Of a stretch of DNA of 64,000 nt, positions 1 to 8,890 are shown in pieces. The notes below the pieces were generated by a model. The model was given only the letters and a program-made list of their open reading frames with translations. It made no database searches and had not been told where the DNA came from. Position 1 is the first letter of the stretch. Each line of letters opens with the position of its first letter. The translations under genes were made by a program, and so were the position numbers. Origin of the DNA: a virus. The DNA is taken from the IMG/VR virus record IMGVR_UViG_3300045988_183727. One strand, 5' to 3'.

Positions 1-3000
1 GAACCTATCAAGGCAGCACACGATTATATCTGGGACATGATTAACCAGCAGGCACAGATTCCAAGTTTCGCTGTTGGCAGACCTACTCAGACATATAACG
101 ATTTCGAGTTGGTATGGGACGGCACTTCTTGGTCGTTGACAAGAACCGACACCAACAGAGTCCTGAGAAATTTTGACGACTTCGAGTTCAGCCTGCCCGG
201 TGTGAGCACCTTCCAGAGTGGAAACAATCTTACGATTACAGCCACGCCGGAAGCCGCTAAGAGTATGTTGAACGGCATTGTATCGTACCCCACCGAGGGC
301 AATGTGATTGACCCTGATAGCGTCAACGCTTACCTTCTCGTCGCGGGTGGCAGCAAGCAGGATTGCGTTGCTCTTAACGGCACCCCCGACCCTGTTACTG
401 CCTACGTCCGCGCCAAGGTCACAAAGACTACCGGCGATTTGAACATTGCCAAGACCTCCGAGGATGGCAAGGTAGGCGGCGTGAGTTTCACGGTCACGGG
501 CCCCAACGGTTACAGCAAGACTGTGACCACTGGTGCAAACGGTAAGATTGCCATTACCGATTTGCAGCCCGGTACTTATACCGTAACGGAGAATACACCC
601 GACAATTACATCCCGACGCAGCCCCAGTCCGTAAACATCGCAATCGGCGATTTTAAGACGGTGAACTTCAGCAACGTGCTGAAGAAGGGCGCCGTAAAGG
701 TGACTAAGACCTCAGAGGATGGTCAGATTGCTGGTCACACCTTCCGGCTGTCCGGCACTTCCGCAGCAGGTACGGCTGTCAATATGACGGCTGTTACGGA
801 TGCCAACGGCGTGGCTACCTTCAATAATGTTCCTGTGGGCAACAACTATAAGCTGGAGGAAATCAACACCGCAGCGAAGTATGTTGTTCCTGCGGTGCAG
901 GCTGGCGTGGTGGTTGAGTACAACACCAGCACCCCCGCTCAGTTTGAGAACAAGCTGGCTCGCGGCAATCTGAAAATCACGAAGACCTCCGAGGATGGCT
1001 TCGTGGCAGGCATGACCTTCCGGCTGACCGGTACGTCTATCTCCGGTGCAGCAGTCAATGAAACTGCTTCTACCGACGAGAACGGTGTCGTCATGTTCAG
1101 AGAAATCCTTATCGGTAATAACTATACCGTACAGGAAATCAACACCGCCGAGCGGTACGTTGTTCCCGCTGTCCAGAGCAATGTGACCGTCACGCTCAAC
1201 AACACCACCAGCTTGAACTTCCATAATAAGCTGGCTCGCGGCGCCGTTGAGGTTAAGAAGACCTCCGAGGACGGCAAGGTCGCTGGTATCACGTTCCGCC
1301 TGTCCGGTACTGCTATCAACGGCGAGACGGTGGATATGACCGCCGTGACCAATGACGCCGGAGTTGCCACCTTCAACAACGTTCTGATTGGCAATAACTA
1401 CAGCGTTGAGGAAGTGAACACGGCTGCCAAGTATATCGTTCCCGCTGTGACAAACGGCGTGAAGGTTACTCTGGATAACACCACCCCCGTGAATGTCTAC
1501 AACAAGCTCAAGCGCGGCGACCTGCGCGTTACCAAGACCTCTGAGGACGGCATGGTCGAGGGCATCACCTTCCGGCTGCATGGCACTGCCATCTCCGGCG
1601 ATGCTGTTGACCTGACTGCTACCACCAACGCTGACGGTATTGCCATCTTCAAGGATGTCCTGATTGGCGACAACTACACGCTGGAGGAAGTCGATACGGC
1701 GGTGAAGTATGTTATTCCTGCCGTGCAGACAGGTCTCGTTGTGGAGTTCCAGAAAGTTACCGACACCGCTGTGACTAACGTACTGAAGAAGTGGAAGGTC
1801 ACTGTGGAAAAGACGGACGCCGAGACTGGCAACATCCCTCGCGGCGATGGTGTCTTTGAGGGTGCTGTGTACGGTCTCTATAAGGGTGACGAACTGGTGA
1901 AGGAGTACGTTATCGGCAGTGATGGCAAGTTCACCACTGACGAGTACATCTGCGGCTATGATTACACCATCCGTGAAATCAAGGCGCCCACTGGCTATCA
2001 GATTGATGAGGGCGTGTATCGCGTTGGCGCCGAGCCGGAGAACTACCGTATCGAACACAACGTTGCTCCCCAGATTACCTCTGTCGAGGTCATCAATCGC
2101 GGCACATTCGCCATCACCAAGTTCATCTCCGACGGAACCTCCGGTCCCGCTAAGTTCGAGGGCGGTGCAGAGTTCAAGTATTGGCTGCAGTCCGCCGGCT
2201 CTTACGAGAACGCTAAGGATGACGAGCGCGGTATCCTGACGACCAACGACTTGGGTTACAGCGGCAAGTCTATCGAGCTGCCCTACGGCACCTATGTGGT
2301 GCATCAGACCAAGGCCGGCGATAAGGGTGCGGGGCTCGCGCCTGAGTTCACCGTTCTGGTTGGCGAGGTTGACCACGACCATCACGACTTGGCTGTCAAC
2401 AACGGACCTATTACCGCGTATCTGCGCGTTGTGAAGGTCGATGAGCTTGACGGCGAGGTCATTCCTTGGGGTGGTGCAAAGTTCCAGATTTACGACCCTG
2501 ACGGGAACAAGGTGTCCCAGAAGGTCACTTACCCCACGGTAACTTATATTGATACATTCGAGACAAATGATGAGGGTTATTTTGTGACCCCGCTGGTTCT
2601 GCCTTACGGCGAGAACTATCATCTGGTCGAAATCGTACCCCCGAAGGGTTATGAGCTGATGGATACCCCGATTACCTTCAGCGTTACGCCCGATACCATT
2701 TCTTTGGATGCCGAGACCGGTCTGGTGACTGTGAATATCATCGCCGAGGACGAGGCGGTGACTCCCAAGGTCAAGACTACTGCAACCGACAAGGAAGGCA
2801 ACAAGGAAATCGTTCCGGCCACCACCGTCACTATCGTCGATAAGGTGGAATGCACCGACGTTATCCCCAACAAGACCTATACGGTCGAGGGATATCTGGT
2901 GGTTAAGTCCACCGGCGAGCCTCTGCTGGACGCCGAGGGTAATCGCATTACCGCCTCTAAGACCTTCAAGGCTGAGGCCGACTTCACTGGCTTTGTGGAG

Positions 3001-4800
3001 CTGGAGTTCACCTTTGATGCGTCTCTGCTGGGTGGCGAGTCCATCGTTGTTTTCGAGGACCTGAAGCGCGGAAACCGTGTCGTTGCTACCCATGCTGACA
3101 TCAACGATGTTGACCAGACCGTTGTAATCCTGAACCCCAAGATTGGCACCACGGCCAAGAACGCTGTTGGCGGTAAGGAGTTCATGCCTCTGGCTGATGT
3201 GATTCTGGTGGATACCATCTCCTACGAGAATATGCCCGTGGGTAAGGAGTTCATCGCTATCGGTACGCTGATGGATAAGGCCACCGGCAAGCCTGTTACC
3301 GATGCCAACGGCGACCCCGTCACCTCTTACAAGGTGTTCACTCCCGAAGCTGCCACTGGTACGGTGGATGTGAAGTTCGTCTTTGACGCTTCTAAGCTGG
3401 CCGGCAAGTCTCTGGTGGTATTCGAGCGTGTGTATCTGGGTAACGAGATTGTTCCCGGCGACTCCAATAAACCCGTGTTTGTGAGTCACGAGGATATCAA
3501 CGATGAGGGGCAGACCGTCACCATCGGCGTTCCCGAAATCGGTACAAAGGCCGTGAACAACGCCACCAACGGCAAGACCCTCGACCCCGAATCCCGCGCT
3601 GAAATCAAGGATACCGTGTCCTATAAGGGCCTGATTGCTGGAGAGAAGTACACTGTCTCCGGTAAGCTGATGAACAAGGCCACCAACGAGCCCCTGAAGG
3701 ATAAGGACGGAAAGGAAATTACCTCCTCCGTTACCTTCACCGCTGAGGCGTCCGATGGCACCGTTGACGTGTTCTTCGTGCTCGATGCATCTCTGCTGCG
3801 TGGCCAGTCTATCGTTGTATTCGAGTCCCTGCAGTACAAGGACATTGAAATCGCAGTTCATGCCGACATCAACGATGTTGACCAGACTGTGACTGTCAAC
3901 AGCCCTGAAATCAAGACCACCGCTAAGAACGCTGCTGATGGCAAGAAGGAATTCTGGGCCTACAGCAAGGTCGAGCTGGTCGATACCGTGTCCTATAAGG
4001 GCCTGATTGCCGGCAATAAGTACACCGTAATCGGTAAGCTGATGGACAAGGCGACAGGTGAGCCTGTTCTGGGCCGCAACAACAAGGAAATCACCGCCAC
4101 TACCGAGTTCGAGGCCAAATCCTCTGACGGTACTGTGGATGTGAGTTTCGTGTTCGATGCATCCATTCTGGGCGGTAAGACGCTGGTCGTGTTCGAGACC
4201 CTGACCCGCAATGGCACTACGGTCGCAACTCACGCCGACATCAACGATGTTGACCAGACTGTGACCATCAAGCGCATCCCGACCTATTCCGGTCCGAGCA
4301 TTTCCACCACCGCTACCTTCGATGGCAAGGAGAAGAAGAACTCCGTTGCTGGTAAGAACGTAAAAATCGTGGACACCGTCAACTATACCGGCCTGACTGT
4401 GGGCAAGACCTACGTACTGGTTGGTACGCTGATGGATAAGGATTCCGGTGTTGCCCTCAAGGACAATAAGGGTAATCTGGTAACTGCTACTACGACCTTT
4501 ACGCCCAAGTCCTCCAACGGTGCTGTGAATGTTACGTTCAAGTTCGACGCATCCAAGCTGAAGGACCATGCGCTCGTGGTGTTCGAGACTCTGTATGAGG
4601 GTCGTGCTGAGGCGGGTAATGTCATTGCTACCCACAACGACCTGATGGACGGTGCTCAGACGGTGTATTTCCGCGACAGTGTCCAGACTGGCGATGAGGG
4701 CATCGGCCTGTGGGCCATGCTGGGTACGTTCAGTGCCATTGCTTGCTGCGGCACTGCGGTGTTCATGTTCCGCCGCAAGAAGGAGTATGGCGCCGAGTAA
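1..4800 (+). CDS. Giant cell-wall-anchored adhesin (5' end outside the window): SpaA/Cna-B-like Ig repeats, then VaFE / Thr-Gln ester-bond repeats, then a C-terminal SVQTG sorting signal
   Basis: Frame 1 is open from base 1. The track M at 37 has no signal peptide, so the N-terminus lies upstream. Repeats carry TKTSEDGxxAGxTFRLxGT...NYxxEExNTAxKYVxPAV, and later repeats end in SLVVFExL...ATHADINDVDQTV (HxDxxDxxQ). The tail is SVQTGDEG, a hydrophobic helix, then RRKKE. Confidence 0.9.
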   Translation, partial: EPIKAAHDYIWDMINQQAQIPSFAVGRPTQTYNDFELVWDGTSWSLTRTDTNRVLRNFDDFEFSLPGVSTFQSGNNLTITATPEAAKSMLNGIVSYPTEGNVIDPDSVNAYLLVAGGSKQDCVALNGTPDPVTAYVRAKVTKTTGDLNIAKTSEDGKVGGVSFTVTGPNGYSKTVTTGANGKIAITDLQPGTYTVTENTPDNYIPTQPQSVNIAIGDFKTVNFSNVLKKGAVKVTKTSEDGQIAGHTFRLSGTSAAGTAVNMTAVTDANGVATFNNVPVGNNYKLEEINTAAKYVVPAVQAGVVVEYNTSTPAQFENKLARGNLKITKTSEDGFVAGMTFRLTGTSISGAAVNETASTDENGVVMFREILIGNNYTVQEINTAERYVVPAVQSNVTVTLNNTTSLNFHNKLARGAVEVKKTSEDGKVAGITFRLSGTAINGETVDMTAVTNDAGVATFNNVLIGNNYSVEEVNTAAKYIVPAVTNGVKVTLDNTTPVNVYNKLKRGDLRVTKTSEDGMVEGITFRLHGTAISGDAVDLTATTNADGIAIFKDVLIGDNYTLEEVDTAVKYVIPAVQTGLVVEFQKVTDTAVTNVLKKWKVTVEKTDAETGNIPRGDGVFEGAVYGLYKGDELVKEYVIGSDGKFTTDEYICGYDYTIREIKAPTGYQIDEGVYRVGAEPENYRIEHNVAPQITSVEVINRGTFAITKFISDGTSGPAKFEGGAEFKYWLQSAGSYENAKDDERGILTTNDLGYSGKSIELPYGTYVVHQTKAGDKGAGLAPEFTVLVGEVDHDHHDLAVNNGPITAYLRVVKVDELDGEVIPWGGAKFQIYDPDGNKVSQKVTYPTVTYIDTFETNDEGYFVTPLVLPYGENYHLVEIVPPKGYELMDTPITFSVTPDTISLDAETGLVTVNIIAEDEAVTPKVKTTATDKEGNKEIVPATTVTIVDKVECTDVIPNKTYTVEGYLVVKSTGEPLLDAEGNRITASKTFKAEADFTGFVELEFTFDASLLGGESIVVFEDLKRGNRVVATHADINDVDQTVVILNPKIGTTAKNAVGGKEFMPLADVILVDTISYENMPVGKEFIAIGTLMDKATGKPVTDANGDPVTSYKVFTPEAATGTVDVKFVFDASKLAGKSLVVFERVYLGNEIVPGDSNKPVFVSHEDINDEGQTVTIGVPEIGTKAVNNATNGKTLDPESRAEIKDTVSYKGLIAGEKYTVSGKLMNKATNEPLKDKDGKEITSSVTFTAEASDGTVDVFFVLDASLLRGQSIVVFESLQYKDIEIAVHADINDVDQTVTVNSPEIKTTAKNAADGKKEFWAYSKVELVDTVSYKGLIAGNKYTVIGKLMDKATGEPVLGRNNKEITATTEFEAKSSDGTVDVSFVFDASILGGKTLVVFETLTRNGTTVATHADINDVDQTVTIKRIPTYSGPSISTTATFDGKEKKNSVAGKNVKIVDTVNYTGLTVGKTYVLVGTLMDKDSGVALKDNKGNLVTATTTFTPKSSNGAVNVTFKFDASKLKDHALVVFETLYEGRAEAGNVIATHNDLMDGAQTVYFRDSVQTGDEGIGLWAMLGTFSAIACCGTAVFMFRRKKEYGAE
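454..1732 (+). repeat. In-frame tandem Ig-like (Cna-B/SpaA-type) domain repeats within the adhesin gene
   Basis: About five ~93-aa units, each opening with (T/K)KTSEDG and containing TFRLxGT, GNNY and NTAxKY(V/I)VPAV. Borders are approximate. Confidence 0.7.
2659..4672 (+). repeat. In-frame tandem VaFE / ester-bond (Cpe0147-like) domain repeats within the adhesin gene
   Basis: About seven ~100-aa units, each with TTA(K/T)..., VDTVSYxGL, GxLMDKATGEP, VxFxFDAS, LVVFE and HxDINDxxQTV. Borders are approximate. Confidence 0.7.
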
Positions 4801-4837
4801 GCAGCTCACCATGTGGTGAGTAAACCCCAAAGTGAAT

Positions 4838-4876
4838 GCAGAGGGCGCAGACCTTGTGCCTGCGCCCTCTGCTTTT
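4838..4876 (+). terminator. Rho-independent terminator after the adhesin gene
   Basis: The 13-bp perfect stem gcagagggcgcag / ctgcgccctctgc has a 9-nt loop and is followed by TTTT. Confidence 0.8.
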
Positions 4877-4926
4877 ACAAATATAACAGTAGGGGAGAGC
4901 ACCTCCCCGGAAAGAGAGAAAAGGAA

Positions 4927-5235
4927 ATGAAATACTGTAATAATTGTGGCAAAGAGGTCTCTGATAACGCTGTTGTCTGTCCTTTCTGCGGCTGCGCCGT
5001 GGCGAGCAAGAATGTCGAGGTGGACAAGCCTTCTACCGGTCTGAACATCCTGTCGTTCCTCATCCCGCTGGTTGGCCTGATTCTGTACCTGTCGTGGCAG
5101 AATTCGACCCCCATTAAGGCGAAGGCGGTGGGGAAGTGGGCACTGATTGGATTCTGTGTGGCAGTCGGTCTGAGCATCCTTGGCACCATCCTTTCCGGCG
5201 CACTGATTTCCAGTGCTATCGGAGCTCTCTATTAA
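4927..5235 (+). CDS. Zinc-ribbon membrane protein
   Basis: The internal ATG at 4927 follows gagaaaaggaa. The N-terminus has CNNCG...CPFCG, followed by two or three hydrophobic helices. The part of the ORF upstream of 4927 overlaps the terminator. Confidence 0.75.
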   Translation: MKYCNNCGKEVSDNAVVCPFCGCAVASKNVEVDKPSTGLNILSFLIPLVGLILYLSWQNSTPIKAKAVGKWALIGFCVAVGLSILGTILSGALISSAIGALY

Positions 5236-5293
5236 GAGTTAAAGAGGAGAAGGGGAAACCCTCTCCTCTTTCGACTTTACAGAAAGGTGAAAA

Positions 5294-6016
5294 ATGGGAA
5301 ATAAAACAAAACAAGACAAGGCGTTGTACGACAACAATGAAAACAAGGTCGAGGATGAAACGAGTGTCCTCCTGCGTTTTTTCGTGCTGGCTGTAGTTGT
5401 TCTCGCTGGAATTTTACTTATCCTTTTGGCCGACTGCTATGGATGGTTTGATTTCTTAGAAAAGCCCATGAATGCGGCAGGTCAGTTCTTGAAGGATAAT
5501 TGGATGAAGGTATGGATAGGGCTTATAATTGTAGCACTTCTGCTTTGTTATCTTTCTTTCGAAATAGGCGGTGCAGTTTTCGCCAAGAAGCGTCGTCTTG
5601 AAATTGAGGCAAATGTAGTGGGAAGTGTTCCAATTTCACGTAAAGACTTTCTGCGTGATTGGGATTCCGCGCCCAGCCGGAGGGGGATGAATGCGTGTTC
5701 CAATGGAGCTTTGTTTGGATATAAATATGTCTTCTGTTCAGGTGTGTATGTGATTGCGGAGGTGGATGAATTGAATCGTTGTCTCAATGCGGTTTTCATT
5801 GGTTCGTCCTCCGTCGGAGCGTGCTGCTCACGGGCGTATGCTCATCTTTCGTGCAAGGCTGCAGCTTCTGTCGCTGTGTGTGACGCTGTTCGGGCAGGAT
5901 GTGAGCTTTATGTTGTGTTCGTTCCGTGTCAAGCAGAGTATGTGAACGAAGTGAAAGGCGCTGTTAAAACATATCTTGAGAGCGCTTCTGAGCTCATAAG
6001 ATTTGAAAATAGGTAG
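5294..6016 (+). CDS. Hypothetical membrane protein
   Basis: ATG preceded by aaaggtga. There are two N-terminal TM helices. The C-terminal part (GVYVIAE-x10-VFIGSS) is only faintly GIY-YIG-like. Confidence 0.6.
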   Translation: MGNKTKQDKALYDNNENKVEDETSVLLRFFVLAVVVLAGILLILLADCYGWFDFLEKPMNAAGQFLKDNWMKVWIGLIIVALLLCYLSFEIGGAVFAKKRRLEIEANVVGSVPISRKDFLRDWDSAPSRRGMNACSNGALFGYKYVFCSGVYVIAEVDELNRCLNAVFIGSSSVGACCSRAYAHLSCKAAASVAVCDAVRAGCELYVVFVPCQAEYVNEVKGAVKTYLESASELIRFENR

Positions 6017-6125
6017 ACTCTTTATCGCGGATGACTTTTGGGATAAAAAAGTTTTCGCAAAACACGCTGGTTTTCCGACTTCTCACATGGTAGAATAATT
6101 AAAAACAAAGAAGAGGAGTTTTCAA

Positions 6126-7637
6126 ATGCCGATGGATGCCGATTACGCGCTCTTGAAAAAGTGGAGCAACTGGTTCGACCGGAAAAACGGCAGCGGTTAT
6201 GGGCCAGCAAACATATTGCAGCGGAGAACAATGAACACTGCAATCGTAACTGTGAGTACACTGCAAAATATTCCTTTTACTGAGTTATCTTCTTCGCTGT
6301 ACTTCTTTTGTAGTGATATAGATAGCAAGGAGTTCTCTCGTCTGTATGAGTCTCAGGTGGAGTTGGCCGGTGCCAACCCTGACAAGTTTATCAAGGGCCT
6401 TCACAGCTTTTTCAATTCCATGGCCAAGAGAATCAAGAACGAATCCGAATACGCCCTGTTCTTTGATTTTCTCATGGCTGCATCTCGCCTTCTTTTTACC
6501 GCAAAGGAAGAAAAACAATCTAACATCAACATTGATGTGGTGTACTGTTACTTCAGTATCCTCCTTCAGCAGACGGAATACCTGCGTCCCGATAAGTTCG
6601 ACTTAACCAAAGTCGTCTGCGGTTTGAAAACGACCGGCGAACTGTTGGTCATGGAAGATACCTACCCCTTCTTGGATAAGCCTGCTTTTGAGTTGGAGCG
6701 CCGGAATCTTGATGGAAAGGTTCGTTCCCCCATGGAGCTGGATGCTCAAATCAAGGAAATTTATAGCAAGTGGGGATATGGCTACATCCAAAATAAGGAG
6801 GATTTGGAGCGCTACACGCAGGTAGACAGGATTTTTTCCAACCAAATAGCGGGTATGGCTGCGCTCATCAATGAATACACCTTCGACATACTTCCACAGC
6901 ATTGCTTTTCTGCCATCGCAAATAAGTTCTTTTCCGTTGTTGCGCTGCCTCCGATGCTGCCTGATGAGATGCATGAGCTGCTGCGGACGAAACGAAGTTC
7001 AACGCTTCCTGCCAACGGCGCAGTGTTTGAGTTTACAAGCGACAAAGACATTATCCGGAAGGTCTTGCTCAAGGAAACTCTATACGGCGATTCCATCTAT
7101 ATGCTTTACCGTCTGGACACCTGTGAGGGAGACTTGAGCGGGTACTATGATACTAAGACAGGGTTCTTCTTTTCGGTTTTCCTCGATTCAGAGGACAGAG
7201 TCATCTACGGGAACATAAGGCGGCTCGTTTTAACTCTCTACGCCTGTGCCGTAACGCGCAAAGGCCCAAAACTGCTGTCGCAACTAAGCAGCCATGTCAA
7301 GTATCTGTCCCTCGACAATAAGGGCGTCCGGAAATTTGATGAGGTATCCATAAGCTACTACGGTCGCGGAGGACGCCTCAGGAACGCCTACGACGGCGCG
7401 GAAGCGGCAGGGAAGGATGGATACACCCGTAAGGGCGACGAAGCCTATGAGGAGGCTCCCAGAGCCATTCAGGGCTTTATCCGAAAGGTGGGCGAGGGGA
7501 GAACGCCGTCCCGTGAGGCGGTGGAGTACGCGGAGGCTCTTGGGTACTCCCTCGCGCCTGACGAAACCTATGTAAAGCCATTCATCCGTAGAGTTCTTCG
7601 CCTGAAGCAAAAGGAAGCTGAGAACACAAATGGATAA
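6126..7637 (+). CDS. Hypothetical protein (503 aa)
   Basis: Long ORF with RBS aagaggag. No family recognised. Confidence 0.7.
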   Translation: MPMDADYALLKKWSNWFDRKNGSGYGPANILQRRTMNTAIVTVSTLQNIPFTELSSSLYFFCSDIDSKEFSRLYESQVELAGANPDKFIKGLHSFFNSMAKRIKNESEYALFFDFLMAASRLLFTAKEEKQSNINIDVVYCYFSILLQQTEYLRPDKFDLTKVVCGLKTTGELLVMEDTYPFLDKPAFELERRNLDGKVRSPMELDAQIKEIYSKWGYGYIQNKEDLERYTQVDRIFSNQIAGMAALINEYTFDILPQHCFSAIANKFFSVVALPPMLPDEMHELLRTKRSSTLPANGAVFEFTSDKDIIRKVLLKETLYGDSIYMLYRLDTCEGDLSGYYDTKTGFFFSVFLDSEDRVIYGNIRRLVLTLYACAVTRKGPKLLSQLSSHVKYLSLDNKGVRKFDEVSISYYGRGGRLRNAYDGAEAAGKDGYTRKGDEAYEEAPRAIQGFIRKVGEGRTPSREAVEYAEALGYSLAPDETYVKPFIRRVLRLKQKEAENTNG

Positions 7638-7643
7638 GCGAAA

Positions 7644-7677
7644 AAGACCGGTGGTGAGCCCATCGGTCTTTTTTTTC
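7644..7677 (+). terminator. Rho-independent terminator; an adjacent second hairpin (7683-7707) serves the convergent gene
   Basis: aagaccg / cggtctt stem followed by T8. It is followed by the ggaagca...tgcttcc hairpin. Confidence 0.7.
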
Positions 7678-7766
7678 AAAAAAGGAAGCAACCCTTGGGC
7701 TGCTTCCTGAGAAATACTGTAAGTATCGAATATTTAATTTTGAAATGTATTTGTCTTTGCAGGTTG

Positions 7767-8333
7767 CTATGCGTCCAGCTCGTACACGATAAGCCCAATA
7801 CTATCAATAAACTGATAGTGGTTCGCATATTCACGCTGGATGAATTCCTCTCCCTTTGCCCTGCCCCACTTATTCTCATCACAGATATCCGTAATCATGT
7901 CGGACATGGATTCGTAGATACTGGCGATAGGGGTAACAATGACATTTTCGCGCCTAAACAACCACATCCGCAGCACCTCGCGGGGAGAGAAAGCCCGACA
8001 GAGACTCTGCTCTTCGGGGACAAGGTCGTGCGGCGCACGGGTGCCGTAAATTTCGTGCTGCTTCACAAGAGTCTTGAGGCGAAGCTCTGCCATGTCGAGA
8101 AGCCGCTTCGCTGTTTCGGGGTCGTCCCCTCCAAACTCCATAATGGATATCATCACATCCATAAGGGAAAGAGGGTCGTTGACTGCCATTTCTACAGACT
8201 TCCGGACAGCGTCGCTTGTGCTGCCTGTGAATTGGCAAACGTCATCAATGAGGTCGTCATTATCTTTCTTGTTCTGTTTTTCTTCGTTGCTGGTTCCGTG
8301 TTCATAGATTCTACTGTTCTGTTTTCGCTGCAT
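7767..8333 (-). CDS. Hypothetical protein (188 aa)
   Basis: ATG with RBS gaaggagg. No family recognised. Confidence 0.7.
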   Translation of the reverse strand: MQRKQNSRIYEHGTSNEEKQNKKDNDDLIDDVCQFTGSTSDAVRKSVEMAVNDPLSLMDVMISIMEFGGDDPETAKRLLDMAELRLKTLVKQHEIYGTRAPHDLVPEEQSLCRAFSPREVLRMWLFRRENVIVTPIASIYESMSDMITDICDENKWGRAKGEEFIQREYANHYQFIDSIGLIVYELDA

Positions 8334-8549
8334 TTCCCGTGACCTCCTTCTACGCTGCTACTTTTTCCTTTCTTCCTTTGAAAACGATGACAGTGGCGTG
8401 TTTTGTTCGCCATTCGAGATATTGCTCCCGCGTATTGGGCTGGCAAGAGTACATGGAAATAGCGCTGACAAGCCGCTGCTTCTATGCCGCAAAAGTGGAG
8501 TAAGTGCTTCCTGCGGCAGTGAAAGTCGTCTGCCAGCGCTTATGTTCCA

Positions 8550-8592
8550 TATTCAATATCACTCTACCACGATTACATAATTTTGTCAAGTT
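8550..8592 (-). promoter_or_regulatory. Sigma-A-type promoter (member of the conserved promoter family)
   Basis: The minus strand reads cTTGACAAAATTATGTAATCGTGGTAGAGT, about 220 nt upstream of the 7767-8333 start. Confidence 0.5.
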
Positions 8593-8839
8593 TACGACTT
8601 GTGAAAATTGGAACAATCATGTCTTTCGTGTTGACATTATTCCTAATATAAGCCGTGTTAATTTGTGGGATGTTACAGTTTCGTGTAACATCTTTTAATC
8701 ATTTGTGAAAGGATTCTGCTCGTTTTTGTGCTAAATGTAGATATTCTTACCAAATTTTACGTTTTTAGGCGTTTTGCTTTTCTCCCTTACGGCTTGAATG
8801 ATTTTGGCGTATGAGCCACCCTTTTTACGCCCTGCGTAC

Positions 8840-8869
8840 TTGACATTATTTTATGTTCGTGCTAATATG
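8840..8869 (+). promoter_or_regulatory. Sigma-A-type promoter of the conserved TTGACAttATTTTATGTTCGTG-TAATAT family
   Basis: TTGACA at 8840-8845, TGcTAATAT at 8861-8869. Nearly identical to the promoters at 17260 and 47961. Confidence 0.7.
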
Positions 8870-8890
8870 AAATCGAAGAAATAAGCCCTT

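Noticed and set aside
712-4902. 1396-aa ORF on the minus strand, antisense to the adhesin gene
   Set aside because: Its composition is low-complexity (G/L/V/D/H-rich) with no motifs. It mirrors the repetitive, codon-biased sense gene, which has clear domain repeats and a sorting signal. This is a shadow ORF.
8846-8863. The conserved promoter spacer ATGTTCG as a LexA half-site making all family promoters SOS-regulated
   Set aside because: Only one half of the GAAC-N4-GTTC palindrome is present. The single complete box in the window is at 11280-11291.
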